From assembly GCA_030603245.1 (NCBI GenBank), contig JAUVYE010000001.1, forward strand, positions 1,418-65,417: a stretch of DNA of 64,000 nucleotides, read 5' to 3'. Position numbers and translations under genes: made by a program. The stretch comes from a bacterium (GTDB lineage Bacteria; Patescibacteriota; Minisyncoccia; Minisyncoccales; DG-74-3). Within the stretch, counting starts at the first letter, position 1, and every line of letters starts with the position of its first letter. The notes beneath the pieces were generated by a model that ran no database searches, was not told where the DNA came from, and was given only the letters and a program-made list of their open reading frames with translations. This document shows, in pieces, positions 1-10,006 of the stretch.

Positions 1-638
1 AGCGAGATTCATATCCTTCCTGGTCACCCGATGGAAAGAAGATTGTCTTTAGTTCGAGACGCGATGGTTACTGGCAAATCTACACCATGGACGCGGATGG
101 AGGTAATCAAGTTAGAATTACTAAAATTGATGGCTTTGACCCTGATTGGTCCCCTGATGGAAAAAAGATTGCCTTTGTTTCTAGCGGTCTAGTATGTAGT
201 GTTTGGATCATGAATGCCGACGGAAGCAATCCTACAGCAGTTATTGGGGCTATTGGTAGGCGTCCCAGATGGTCACCTGACGGAAAGAAGATTGTTTTTC
301 AATCTTTATACACTCACCAAGACCCTGATGAAAACCCTTATTATGCATGGGAAATTCTCGTGGCTCATATTCGCGAAGGCGATTTACCTCGGATAGTTAA
401 ATTAACTAACGAAAACCCGCTGAACCCTTATAACATGACCCATGTTAAAATTGGTAAAGGTTACCAGGGTCATCAGAATCCTTCCTGGTCATCTGATGGA
501 AAAAAGATTTTTTTCAATCTAGCCCTTCACGATGATATACAAATCTATGTTATGAATGCTGATGGAAGCAATCATGTCAAGCTTACAGAAAAAGGAACAA
601 ATCAGTACCCCATTTTTTTACCAACTCCTAAAAAATAA
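1..638 (+). CDS. TolB-like beta-propeller (PD40 repeat) protein, 5' truncated by the window edge
   Basis: Repeated P-x-W-S-P-D-G-K-K-I motifs and IYVMNADGS; frame is open from position 3 (RDSYPSWSPDGKKIVF), upstream of the ORF-track start at 87. Confidence 0.85.
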   Translation, partial: RDSYPSWSPDGKKIVFSSRRDGYWQIYTMDADGGNQVRITKIDGFDPDWSPDGKKIAFVSSGLVCSVWIMNADGSNPTAVIGAIGRRPRWSPDGKKIVFQSLYTHQDPDENPYYAWEILVAHIREGDLPRIVKLTNENPLNPYNMTHVKIGKGYQGHQNPSWSSDGKKIFFNLALHDDIQIYVMNADGSNHVKLTEKGTNQYPIFLPTPKK

Positions 639-658
639 GGAGTAAACCAACCCTAAAA

Positions 659-687
659 CCCTAAGCAAAAAGCCTAGGGATTTTTTT
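659..687 (+). terminator. Intrinsic terminator after the PD40 gene
   Basis: CCCTAAGC-AAAAA-GCCTAGGG imperfect stem followed by a T7 tract. Confidence 0.55.
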
Positions 688-724
688 AATTTCAAGCTTT
701 ACGAAAAATCAAGTTTATTTTGGC

Positions 725-1312
725 TTATTTCTTTTTGGCTTTAATCACCTCATCAACAATACCATATTTTTTAGCATCTTCGGCTGATAAATAAAAATCT
801 CGGTCAGTATCTTTTTCAATCTTTTTCAATGATTGACCAGTATGTTGAGCTAAAATCTGATTTAATTTATTCTTAATTTTCATAATCTGCTTAGCAGTAA
901 TCTCAATTTCTACTGCTTGTCCTTTTACACCCCCAGCTACTTGATGCAAGAGAATCTCGGAGTTGGGAAGAGTAAATCTTTTGCCCTTATTGCCGGCTGC
1001 TAATAAAACAGCGCCCATTGAACCAGCTAAACCAACACAAACAGTAGAAATAGGACATTCAATATATTGCATTGTGTCGTAAATAGCTAAACCTGCTGTG
1101 ACTGAGCCGCCAGGAGTATTAATATAGAGCTTAATGTCTTTTTTCGGATCTTTAGAAGCTAAAAATAAAAGTTGAGCAATAACTGAGTTGGCTAAATTAT
1201 CATCTACCATACCACCCAAAAAAATTATTCTGTCTTTTAAAAGACGGGAGTAAATATCATATGCTCTTTCTCCGCGACTAGTTTTTTCAATTACAGTTGG
1301 AATTAAGATCAT
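725..1312 (-). CDS. clpP: ATP-dependent Clp protease proteolytic subunit
   Basis: [27 protein letters not shown], catalytic Ser in [15 protein letters not shown]. Confidence 0.97.
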   Translation of the reverse strand: MILIPTVIEKTSRGERAYDIYSRLLKDRIIFLGGMVDDNLANSVIAQLLFLASKDPKKDIKLYINTPGGSVTAGLAIYDTMQYIECPISTVCVGLAGSMGAVLLAAGNKGKRFTLPNSEILLHQVAGGVKGQAVEIEITAKQIMKIKNKLNQILAQHTGQSLKKIEKDTDRDFYLSAEDAKKYGIVDEVIKAKKK

Positions 1313-1330
1313 TTTCTAAAAATTTCTTAC

Positions 1331-2206
1331 TTAATCTTTAAGAAAGCTTTCTAATAAACTAAATGCTTTCTCATGCTTTAATATTTCTTTAGTATAGCTT
1401 TTTAGCCTTTCAGAATCAATGTCTTTTTGGAACCCAAAACCTGGGCTTTTTTTCAATTCTTCCTCTATCTCTTGATCACTAACCAAGATTTTTTCTTTTT
1501 CTCCAATCTGTTTTAAGACTAAAGAGCTTTTAACTCTTTTTTCCACTTCAGGACCAAAAGAATCTAAAAGCTGTTTTTCTGTTTTATTAATTTTCTTTAA
1601 ATATTCTTCAAAACTAATCTGTAATGTTTGCAACACTCCTGTTTTAACGTTCTGAAGCATTCTTTTTTTTTCTTGTTCAACCAAAATTTCAGGAATCTCT
1701 AATTTACATTTTTCAGCTATTTTTTCCAATATTTCTTGGCGCAATCTTTCTTTCTCCCATCTTTCCTTTTCCTGTCTCATCTTTTCTATTTCCTCCCTGG
1801 TCACTTCAACTTTTTTTCTTTTAATTCCAGAAATAATCTTTTGATAATCAGGCAATTCAATTTCAGACATAACCCAAACTTTTGCTTTGAATTCAAAAGC
1901 ATTGTTTTTAGCTATTTTAAGAATCTCAATTTCTGGAGCAGCAATTGCTTCAATATTTTTTTCAGAAATTGCTTTAGCATAATTTTCCTGAATTGCATAA
2001 TCAGCAGCTGTCGTTAAAATCCTTTCCTGACTAATGCTTTTTTCAATCATTTCTTTGGGTGCTTTGCCTTTTCTAAAACCCTCAATCTCTAAATCTTTGC
2101 CCAAGCTTAAAATAGCTTTTTCTATAAAACCATTAAATTCCTCGATTGGAACTTCAATTCTCAATTCAATTTGAGATTTGGCAAGTTGTTGAACAGATAT
2201 TTTCAT
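1331..2206 (-). CDS. tig: Trigger factor, short form apparently lacking the FKBP PPIase domain
   Basis: Ribosome-binding GFRKGKAP motif; only 291 aa; tig-clpP synteny. Confidence 0.85.
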   Translation of the reverse strand: MKISVQQLAKSQIELRIEVPIEEFNGFIEKAILSLGKDLEIEGFRKGKAPKEMIEKSISQERILTTAADYAIQENYAKAISEKNIEAIAAPEIEILKIAKNNAFEFKAKVWVMSEIELPDYQKIISGIKRKKVEVTREEIEKMRQEKERWEKERLRQEILEKIAEKCKLEIPEILVEQEKKRMLQNVKTGVLQTLQISFEEYLKKINKTEKQLLDSFGPEVEKRVKSSLVLKQIGEKEKILVSDQEIEEELKKSPGFGFQKDIDSERLKSYTKEILKHEKAFSLLESFLKD

Positions 2207-4188
2207 TAGCCAAACAAACTATATTTTACAATTAAAGGCGCAAACACAGTAGCTACTAAAGACATAACAGTGATTAAGGTATTGATAGTGGGACCAGCTG
2301 TGTCTTTAAACGGATCTCCAACAGTATCGCCAATAACAGCTGCTATATGAGCTTTAGAACCTTTTCCTCCCAAATTTCCATCTTCAATATATTTCTTGGC
2401 ATTGTCCCAAGCTCCTCCTGCATTTGACATGAAAAGAGCAAAAACTATTCCGCTAACAATACTCCCCCCTAAAAATCCTCCTAAAGCATATTTCCCCAAC
2501 AAAAAGCCAACAGCTAATGGGAAAGCTATTGACAAAAAGCCAGGCAAAACTAATTCCTTTAAAGCTCCCTTAGTTGCAATATCTACACATCTTGCATAGT
2601 CTGGTTTTGCTTTTCCTTCCATTAAGCCTGGAATTTCTCTAAACTGCCTTCTAACTTCTTCAATCATACGAGCTGCATTTTTTTGAACTCCTAAAATTAA
2701 AAGAGCAGAAAGAAATGGCGGTGCCATGGCTCCAATAAATAAACCAACCATAACATCAGATTTCATTAAATTTAAACTCTTAATATCAACCAATTCAGAA
2801 TAAGCTGCAAAAATAGAAAGAACAGTTAAAGCCGCAGCTCCAATAGCAAAACCTTTAGTAATTGCTTTTGCAGTGTTGCCGGCTGCATCTAATTTATCAG
2901 CTATTTTAACCACTTCTTCTCCCAAACCTGATTGTTCAGCAATTCCTTTAGCATTATCAACAATAGGACCGTAAGCATCAGTTGAAATTATCATTCCAAC
3001 AATAGACAACATGCCTACAGCTGAAATTGAAACCCCATAAACACCAACCAAATTAAAAGAAATTAGAATTGCAGCACAAACTCCAATTATTGGAGGTAAA
3101 ATACTCATTAAGCCATAAGAAAAGCCAGACAAAATATTCATGGCTGCTCCGGTTTTTGAAGCCTCAGCGATTTTTAGAACTGGTGCTTTATCAATTGAAG
3201 TAAAGTAGTCAGTCGTAATTCCAATAATGACTCCGGCAATTAGTCCTGAAATAGTAGCTAAGAAAATTTTGAATCCTTGATCTTCAAGACCTAAATAATT
3301 AATCAGTAAAAATGCCAAAATAGCAAAGAAAAAGCAAGTTAAATAAGTTCCATTATTAAGAGCTGCTCCTGGATCCTGGTTTTTAGTTCTAACAAAAAAA
3401 GTTCCGATTAAAGAAGCAAATATTCCAATTGCTCCAATTAAAAGAGGTAAAATAATAAAATCTATTCCCAAAGTTCTTCCCAAAATCATTGATGCCACCA
3501 CACAAGCAATGTAAGAATCAATTAAGTCAGCGCCTGTTCCAGCAACATCACCAACATTATCTCCTACATTATCAGCAATAACAGCTGGGTTTCTAGGATC
3601 ATCTTCTGGAATTCCTAATTCTACCTTTCCAACCAAGTCTGCTCCAATATCAGCAGTTTTAGTAAAAATTCCTCCGCCTGCCTTAGCAAAAAGGGCTAAA
3701 GCTGAGGCTCCAAAGCTGAAACCCAATATAATATCTAATCCCTCTGGTCCAAAAATAAAATACAGAGTGCTTATTGCCAGTAATGCCATCCCAACAATTG
3801 ATAATCCCATAATTGCTCCGCCATAAAAAGCAACCTTAAAAGCATCATCTAAACTTCCTCGAGCAGCATTAGCAGTTATAACATTCGCCCTTACGGCAGC
3901 TGCCATGCCTAAAAAACTAGCTAATGCTGTACAAACTGCTCCTAAAACATAAGCTACAGCAACTTGAAAACTCAACAAAATCCAAAGTAAAACAGCCATG
4001 ATTAAAACAAAAACAGCTAAGGTTTGATTTTGTCTTTTTAAATAGGCATTAGATCCTTCCCTAATAGCATCCGCAATCTCAATCATTTTTTCTGTCCCTT
4101 TTTCCTGTTTAACTAAGTTAGAAAAGAGATAAAGTGCGGCTAAGATTGAAATAATACCAGAGATTGGAGCAATTATTAGTGCTTGCAT
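2206..4188 (-). CDS. hppA: Membrane-bound proton-translocating pyrophosphatase, predicted K+-independent
   Basis: [54 protein letters not shown]; GNTAK has Lys at the K+-dependence determinant. Confidence 0.93.
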   Translation of the reverse strand: MQALIIAPISGIISILAALYLFSNLVKQEKGTEKMIEIADAIREGSNAYLKRQNQTLAVFVLIMAVLLWILLSFQVAVAYVLGAVCTALASFLGMAAAVRANVITANAARGSLDDAFKVAFYGGAIMGLSIVGMALLAISTLYFIFGPEGLDIILGFSFGASALALFAKAGGGIFTKTADIGADLVGKVELGIPEDDPRNPAVIADNVGDNVGDVAGTGADLIDSYIACVVASMILGRTLGIDFIILPLLIGAIGIFASLIGTFFVRTKNQDPGAALNNGTYLTCFFFAILAFLLINYLGLEDQGFKIFLATISGLIAGVIIGITTDYFTSIDKAPVLKIAEASKTGAAMNILSGFSYGLMSILPPIIGVCAAILISFNLVGVYGVSISAVGMLSIVGMIISTDAYGPIVDNAKGIAEQSGLGEEVVKIADKLDAAGNTAKAITKGFAIGAAALTVLSIFAAYSELVDIKSLNLMKSDVMVGLFIGAMAPPFLSALLILGVQKNAARMIEEVRRQFREIPGLMEGKAKPDYARCVDIATKGALKELVLPGFLSIAFPLAVGFLLGKYALGGFLGGSIVSGIVFALFMSNAGGAWDNAKKYIEDGNLGGKGSKAHIAAVIGDTVGDPFKDTAGPTINTLITVMSLVATVFAPLIVKYSLFG

Positions 4189-4201
4189 ATTTTTTGTTTT
4201 T

Positions 4202-5404
4202 TTATTTATTTTTTATTTTTTTCTTTTTTGATTTCTTTTTAGGAGTTGTTTCTTTTTTTTCCTCTTTTTTTTCTTCCTCCTGTTTTTCTTCCAACTCTAC
4301 CTCAGAACCCCTAACATCAATTTTCCAGCCCGTAAGTTTGGCAGCCAATCTTACATTTTGACCGTCTTTACCAATAGCTAAAGATAATTGATCTTCTGGA
4401 ACAACACAAAGAACTTTATTTTTGGGTAAAACTTTTACCTCTAAAACCTTGGCTGGAGATAAAGCATTAGCAATAAATTTTTCTGGGTCTTCTGACCACT
4501 CAATAATATCAATTTTCTCTCCGCCCAACTCATTGATCACTGCCTGAACTCTTGTTCCCCTTTGACCTACAGATGCTCCAATCGGATCAATTTCTTCAAT
4601 AGTGGAAGCAACCGCAATTTTAGTTCGAGAACCAGGCTCTCGAGCAATAGACTTTATCTCAACCTGACCAGCTGCAATCTCAGGAACCTCTAATTCAAAC
4701 AGTTTTGAAATTAATTTAGGATAAGCTCTTGATAAAAAAATTTTAGGACCCTTGCTCGTATCTTCCACCTTAAGAACAAAAACTTTTAATCTTTGACCAG
4801 GCCGATAAAACTCTCCAGGAACTTGCTCTTCTCTAATTAAAATTCCCAAGGCCTTACCAATATCAAAAAAAACATTTCTGCCTTCAATACGTTGAACAAT
4901 TCCAGAAACAATTTCTCCTTGCTTATCTTGATATTCTTCAAAAATACTTTCTCGTTCTGCCTCTCTTAATTTCTGCATTATTACTTGTTTAGCAGTTTGG
5001 GCAGCAATCCGACCATAATCTTTTTGGGCTTTAAGAGAAATTTTAAGCTCGTCGCCAGGTTTAATCTTTTTCTTTATTTTCTTTGCTTCATCAATCATAA
5101 TATGTTTTTCTGGATTAAACTTGATTTTCTTGTCTTCCTCTTCTTTTACTTTTTCGCTTTTAATCTCTTCTAATTCTTCCTCCGAATAAATCATACTTTC
5201 ATCAACCACTATTTTAATTTGTAAAAACTTAACTTTACCTGATTCTGAATCAAGTTTGGCTTGGATAATTTGTCCCCTTTTTCCGTAGTCTTTTTTATAA
5301 GCAGCAGCAATTGCCTGTTCAATGGTTTCTAAAACCTTTTCTGAAGAAATACCTTTTTCTTCAGCAATCTGCTTAACTGCTGATGCAAAATCTTTTAAAT
5401 CCAT
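4202..5404 (-). CDS. nusA: Transcription termination/antitermination factor NusA
   Basis: GRIAAQTAKQVI, S1 domain, AREPGSRTKIAV, LSLAIGKDGQNVRLAAKLTGWKID. Confidence 0.97.
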   Translation of the reverse strand: MDLKDFASAVKQIAEEKGISSEKVLETIEQAIAAAYKKDYGKRGQIIQAKLDSESGKVKFLQIKIVVDESMIYSEEELEEIKSEKVKEEEDKKIKFNPEKHIMIDEAKKIKKKIKPGDELKISLKAQKDYGRIAAQTAKQVIMQKLREAERESIFEEYQDKQGEIVSGIVQRIEGRNVFFDIGKALGILIREEQVPGEFYRPGQRLKVFVLKVEDTSKGPKIFLSRAYPKLISKLFELEVPEIAAGQVEIKSIAREPGSRTKIAVASTIEEIDPIGASVGQRGTRVQAVINELGGEKIDIIEWSEDPEKFIANALSPAKVLEVKVLPKNKVLCVVPEDQLSLAIGKDGQNVRLAAKLTGWKIDVRGSEVELEEKQEEEKKEEKKETTPKKKSKKKKIKNK

Positions 5405-5449
5405 GTTGTTTTTAATAAAAGCGTCCGTTTTTTAACGGACCTGCCTTTA

Positions 5450-5477
5450 AGTATAACAAAGTCTATTTACTTGTCAA
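5450..5477 (-). promoter_or_regulatory. Sigma70-type promoter of nusA
   Basis: TTGACA-N16-TATACT on the minus strand, followed by a leader hairpin at 5423-5440. Confidence 0.6.
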
Positions 5478-6116
5478 CTTTTTAACTATTTTCTTTATTC
5501 TAAAGTCCTTAGTAACATCATCATCAAAAATTAAACGATTTCTGAATAAACGACACTTGTCTTTAGATTGTTTTAATTCCTGTATTGGACTTAAACGCTT
5601 TAAGAAAATAGGAAGAAGAGATAAAACAGCAAACAACCTAATATATGATAAACCAAGCTTATCACTATAATAAATTACTGTAGCTAAAGCCACAATAGTA
5701 CCAATACAAAGATTCCAAATTATTCCTAATGAAATAAGAGGAATTAAGAAAAGTTTTAAAAACTCAGGATTAAAAGCCAAAAGCGCTCCCCCAAAAGTTC
5801 CTATGCCCCTGCCTCCATTAAAACTTAAAAACAAAGACCAATTATGTCCTATCACAACTGCTACTCCGCATAAAACCTGAACTAAAGCCGGCTCTCCATA
5901 ATGTTGAGCTATTTTGACTGAAATATATCCTTTTAAAATATCAAAGAGGCCGGTAAAAAATCCTTGCAAAAACCCTATATTCTTGAAAACATTAGAGCCA
6001 GATGTTTTTCTCCATCCAATTTCTAAAATGTTTTTTCTGGTTGAAACTTTAGTAAAAATATATCCAAAAGGAATAGAGCCTAAAATATAAGATAAGAATA
6101 TATATAAAATACTCAT
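5463..6116 (-). CDS. plsY: Glycerol-3-phosphate acyltransferase PlsY family protein (copy 1)
   Basis: SYILGSIPFG, GSNV, DILKG, GHNWSLFLSFNGGRG; multiple TM segments. Confidence 0.85.
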   Translation of the reverse strand: MSILYIFLSYILGSIPFGYIFTKVSTRKNILEIGWRKTSGSNVFKNIGFLQGFFTGLFDILKGYISVKIAQHYGEPALVQVLCGVAVVIGHNWSLFLSFNGGRGIGTFGGALLAFNPEFLKLFLIPLISLGIIWNLCIGTIVALATVIYYSDKLGLSYIRLFAVLSLLPIFLKRLSPIQELKQSKDKCRLFRNRLIFDDDVTKDFRIKKIVKKLTSK

Positions 6117-6895
6117 TTTTTCTTTAATTTTAATCTTCCCTTTTCTTTAACAGCTTTTACAAACTGTTTAACTAATTTTTTAACATCTTTGGTTTTTTCA
6201 GCCGCTGTTCCAACAAAAATACAATCAGCACCTGCCTCAATAACCTTACCTGCCTGAGCTGGGGTTCTGATCCCGCCCCCAACAATATAAACCATATCAC
6301 CAATTGTTTTTCTTACAGCTTTTATTATTTCAACAGGAATATGATCAAAAGCAGCTGAACCAGCATCAGTAAAAACAAATCTTTTACCTGATAATCTGGC
6401 AGCTAAAGCTAAAGCAGCAGCAATGTTTGGTTTGTTTCTGGGAACCAAATTCGCATCTCCTACCCAGCCAGCTGTTCCTCCTGGATCAAACAAAATATAA
6501 CCCAAAGGCAATGGCTCTATGCCTAATTTCTGAATAATAGGAGCTGAAAGCGTTTGAACTTCAGAAATCCAATAAGGATTCCGAGAATTTAATAAACTCA
6601 TAAATAAAATGGCGTCAGCATAACGAGAAATAGTAGCAATGTTGCCTGGAAATAAGACTATTGGAATATCTGTTTTCTGCTTAATCCCCTTAATTACTGT
6701 GTCTAAAAGCTCACCCTGAGCTTGAGTACTACCTCCCACACTTAAAAAATCAACCCCTGCTTCAACCGCAGCTAAAGCAGTGTTTATTGCTTTTTGAGTA
6801 GAAGTATAGTCGCAAGGGTCAATCAAAATTGACAGTAAAGCACCCTCTTTCTTGATTTTTTCTTTAATATATTTTTCAACTTTTCCTATTTTCAT
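6113..6895 (-). CDS. Geranylgeranylglyceryl phosphate (GGGP) synthase, group II (archaeal-like)
   Basis: LIDP, VGGST, LFPGN, ADAILFMSLLNSRNPYWI, PGGTAGWVGDA, VGGGIR, GAD..FVGT. Confidence 0.92.
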   Translation of the reverse strand: MKIGKVEKYIKEKIKKEGALLSILIDPCDYTSTQKAINTALAAVEAGVDFLSVGGSTQAQGELLDTVIKGIKQKTDIPIVLFPGNIATISRYADAILFMSLLNSRNPYWISEVQTLSAPIIQKLGIEPLPLGYILFDPGGTAGWVGDANLVPRNKPNIAAALALAARLSGKRFVFTDAGSAAFDHIPVEIIKAVRKTIGDMVYIVGGGIRTPAQAGKVIEAGADCIFVGTAAEKTKDVKKLVKQFVKAVKEKGRLKLKKK

Positions 6896-7983
6896 ATTTT
6901 TCTTTCAATCAAATAATTAACAAATTCGTTCAACCTTTCTTTGGCAGGAGAAGCAACTAACAATTTATCTGTTTCAGCCCAAGCTTGTTTCATAATCTCT
7001 CTAGCTCTTTTTTGGGCATATTCTACACTGCCATATTTTTTTATTATTTCTATTGCCTCTGTTCTTTCTTTTGTATCATCGGTGTGTTTGTTCAAAATTT
7101 CTATCAACCTTTTTCTATCTTCTTCTGTTGCTTTTTCCAGAGTATGAATAACCATTAAAGTTCTTTTTCCCTCAGTTATATCCATTCCAAGCCCACCCTT
7201 TCCTTTAGCAAATTTCTCTCCCACAATATCAAGAATATCGTCTTGAATCTGAAAAGCAACACCCATGGCTTCAGCAACCTTGCCAGCTGCTTCAGCCAAT
7301 TCATCGCTCGCACCAGCTAAAATAACAGCTAATTTAGCTGACATTCTAGAAAGACAACCTGTTTTAAAAGCGCACATTTGCAAATACTCTTCTTCTTTTA
7401 TATCTTCTACACCTCCCCGATGCCAATAAATATCAGTTCCCTGGCCCAAACTTAAATTAATCATTTCCTGAACATATATTTCGTAAGCTTTAACTAAAAT
7501 TTCTGGTTTAAATTTATCTCTATTCTTTGATAATGCTAATAAGGGGAAAAAATAAAGAAAATTACCAGCATTTAAAGCAATATCAATGCCAAAAATCTTA
7601 TGAAGAACAGTCTTGCCCCTTCTTAACTCCCCGTCATCTTCAATATCATCAATAATAATTGTTCCGTTATGAATCAATTCTGGAATAATAACAATGTCTT
7701 TAATTTTTTCCATGTCTCCATTAACGGCCTGGGTAATCAAAAGGAATAAAATTGGACGCCATCTTTTTCCTCCACGACTAATAAAGTCCCAGGTAGGCCT
7801 TACTAAAGATTTATCAGCTGCATCTAGGCTGTAAGAGTAGCGGGGAACACCAAAGGTGAACTCAAGCCACTTTTTATCTATATTTTTGGGAATGTATTTT
7901 TCGATAATTCCATCAATCTCGGGCTTCATTTTCTCTAAATACTCTATAAAGTTTCCTTTTTTTATTTCGTCTGAATTAGACAT
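6892..7983 (-). CDS. trans-Polyprenyl diphosphate synthase (GGPP synthase / IdsA family)
   Basis: GGKRWRP, first Asp-rich motif DDIED followed by LRRG, GQ..D, KT, second motif FQIQDDILD, DITEGKRT. Confidence 0.93.
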   Translation of the reverse strand: MSNSDEIKKGNFIEYLEKMKPEIDGIIEKYIPKNIDKKWLEFTFGVPRYSYSLDAADKSLVRPTWDFISRGGKRWRPILFLLITQAVNGDMEKIKDIVIIPELIHNGTIIIDDIEDDGELRRGKTVLHKIFGIDIALNAGNFLYFFPLLALSKNRDKFKPEILVKAYEIYVQEMINLSLGQGTDIYWHRGGVEDIKEEEYLQMCAFKTGCLSRMSAKLAVILAGASDELAEAAGKVAEAMGVAFQIQDDILDIVGEKFAKGKGGLGMDITEGKRTLMVIHTLEKATEEDRKRLIEILNKHTDDTKERTEAIEIIKKYGSVEYAQKRAREIMKQAWAETDKLLVASPAKERLNEFVNYLIERKI

Positions 7984-8077
7984 AGGTTTAATTTTGAATT
8001 TTTTATTTTATAATTAATAATTATACTTTGACAAAAGTTTACTTGCAATTGTTAAAATTTTGTTTATCATCTAACTT

Positions 8078-8872
8078 ATGAATGCTTGGATAGAAATAAT
8101 TCGTCCTGCCACGTCATTATTAGCTGCTATAGGAGCTGTGGTCGGTGCTGTAATTGCTGGAGTTCCTTTTTCTATTGATTTTGTTTATGTGTTTTTAGCT
8201 GTTTGGTTTGTTACTGGGGCTGGCATGGTAATTAATGATTATTATGATATAGAAATAGACAGAATTAATGCTCCTCATCGGCCATTGCCCAGTGGCAGAA
8301 TATCAAGAAAAAATGCTTTGTCCTATAGTGTTTTCTTGTTTTGTTTAGGCCTTGTTTTTTCCGCTTTCTTAAATATTTATTGTTTTGTTCTTGTGCTTTT
8401 TAATGGCTTGATTGAATTCTTTTACGCTAAAATCTATAAAAAATGGTGGCTGTTCGGAAATATACTGGTTAGCTGGTTAGCAGGCTCTGTTTTCATTTTT
8501 GGGGGTCTGATTACTTTTGACTTTAGACTAATCTGGATTGTATCCTTATTAGCATTTTTGTCAAACATGGGAAGAGAAATTTTCAAGTCGATTGAGGATG
8601 TAAGAGGAGATAAAAAAATGAAGTTAGATACCCTTCCCGTATCTTCGGGCACTAAAACAGCCAAAGAAATTGCCCAGGGATTTATTGCTTCAGCTATTTT
8701 ATTTTCCAATCTTCCCTATTTATCAGGGCTATTAAGGGCAAGCTATCTCAAAATTGCTGCTTTTGGAAATGCTATCTTTTTTTATTCTCTTTATGAAAAA
8801 CCCAATAAAATTAAATTAATGACCAAGATAGCAATGCTAATTATTGTCTTGGCTATCCTATTTAGTTTTTAA
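8078..8872 (+). CDS. UbiA-family prenyltransferase, DGGGP synthase-like
   Basis: NDYYDIEIDRINAPHRPLPSG and REIFKSIEDVRGD...TLP, as in DGGGP synthases; divergent from the GGPP/GGGP synthase genes. Confidence 0.85.
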   Translation: MNAWIEIIRPATSLLAAIGAVVGAVIAGVPFSIDFVYVFLAVWFVTGAGMVINDYYDIEIDRINAPHRPLPSGRISRKNALSYSVFLFCLGLVFSAFLNIYCFVLVLFNGLIEFFYAKIYKKWWLFGNILVSWLAGSVFIFGGLITFDFRLIWIVSLLAFLSNMGREIFKSIEDVRGDKKMKLDTLPVSSGTKTAKEIAQGFIASAILFSNLPYLSGLLRASYLKIAAFGNAIFFYSLYEKPNKIKLMTKIAMLIIVLAILFSF

Positions 8873-10006
8873 TTATCCAAAGCTTGTTCCGCTTTTACGT
8901 AAAATAAAAAATAACTTTGTAATCTTAAAAGCGTTTCTTCTTAATTCTGGTTTAGAAACAAGATTAAAAACACCAGAAAGGGTTTCAAACGCAGATAACC
9001 CTTTTTTGTTTAGAGCTTCTACTAATTCATCTAAAACTGAATTAGAAAGAGAATATAATATTTTTTGAGCAACGATTAAATCACGACTCAAAAACGGTAA
9101 AGACTTAATTTTCTTTTCAAAAACATGAGGCGTATTAGAAAGAATACATTGAGCAGCAATCTTGGCTGAAACCATGGCATTGTTTATTCCTCCTCCTAAA
9201 ACTGGATCCACAAGAGCAGCAGCATCTCCTACTAAAAAAACCTTATCTTTATACAATTTTATTTTAGCTCCGCCCCAGGTAATGGTGCCACTTCTATTTT
9301 CTAAAAGCTTATAATTACCAAATTCTGGTTTTACAAACTTCTCCATAAAATATTTAAATCTTTGGTCAAGATTGCTCTTCCCTCCTAAACCAATATTGGC
9401 TCTGTTTTTAGATTTAGGAAATATCCAGACATAACCCTCTGGAAATCTTTCTTTATCAAAATACATCTTTATTACTGATACTGGTATTTCTTTCTCCAAT
9501 TCAACCAAATATTCATAAGTGGGCAAAACTTCAATCTTTTCTTTTGGAAAAAGCTTTGTTCTAACAATTGAAAGGGGACCATCAGCCCCAATTAAATATT
9601 CACTTTGAAAAACCTCTTCTTGGGCTGTTTTAACTTTCCAAAAACCACCTCCTTTTTCAATATTAACCACTTTAGTATTAAGCTTAATCTCAGCTTTACA
9701 TTTTTGAGCTAGAGCTTTTTCAAAAGCCGGTCTATTGATGATATATCCCAATTTCTCACCTTTAAAACTGGCTTTCCTTCCTGAAGCAATGTAAACCTCA
9801 ATTGTATCAATAGTTGTAGAAATCCAGGCAGGATTTGGTTCAATGCCATTTCTTTCCAATGATTCCTGACTAATGCCCTCAGCGCATTGAACTGGTATTC
9901 CAATCTCTTTTTCCTTTTCCAAAATTAAAGCATCCTTTAAATATATTCCAGCTGTTAAACCAGCTGGACCTGCTCCAATAATGATTGTTTTAAATACATT
10001 CTTCAT
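8873..10006 (-). CDS. Geranylgeranyl reductase family flavoprotein (DGGGPL reductase-like)
   Basis: GAGPAG Rossmann motif, PVQCAEG, GADG, GYVWIFPK...ANIG, VGDAA..VDPVLGGGI. Confidence 0.88.
   Translation of the reverse strand: MKNVFKTIIIGAGPAGLTAGIYLKDALILEKEKEIGIPVQCAEGISQESLERNGIEPNPAWISTTIDTIEVYIASGRKASFKGEKLGYIINRPAFEKALAQKCKAEIKLNTKVVNIEKGGGFWKVKTAQEEVFQSEYLIGADGPLSIVRTKLFPKEKIEVLPTYEYLVELEKEIPVSVIKMYFDKERFPEGYVWIFPKSKNRANIGLGGKSNLDQRFKYFMEKFVKPEFGNYKLLENRSGTITWGGAKIKLYKDKVFLVGDAAALVDPVLGGGINNAMVSAKIAAQCILSNTPHVFEKKIKSLPFLSRDLIVAQKILYSLSNSVLDELVEALNKKGLSAFETLSGVFNLVSKPELRRNAFKITKLFFILRKSGTSFG

Noticed and set aside
8078-10006. Quinone or (bacterio)chlorophyll biosynthesis role for the UbiA and reductase genes
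   Set aside because: No men/ubi/bch genes nearby, whereas GGGP synthase and CarS are in the same cluster and the UbiA motifs fit the DGGGPS pattern
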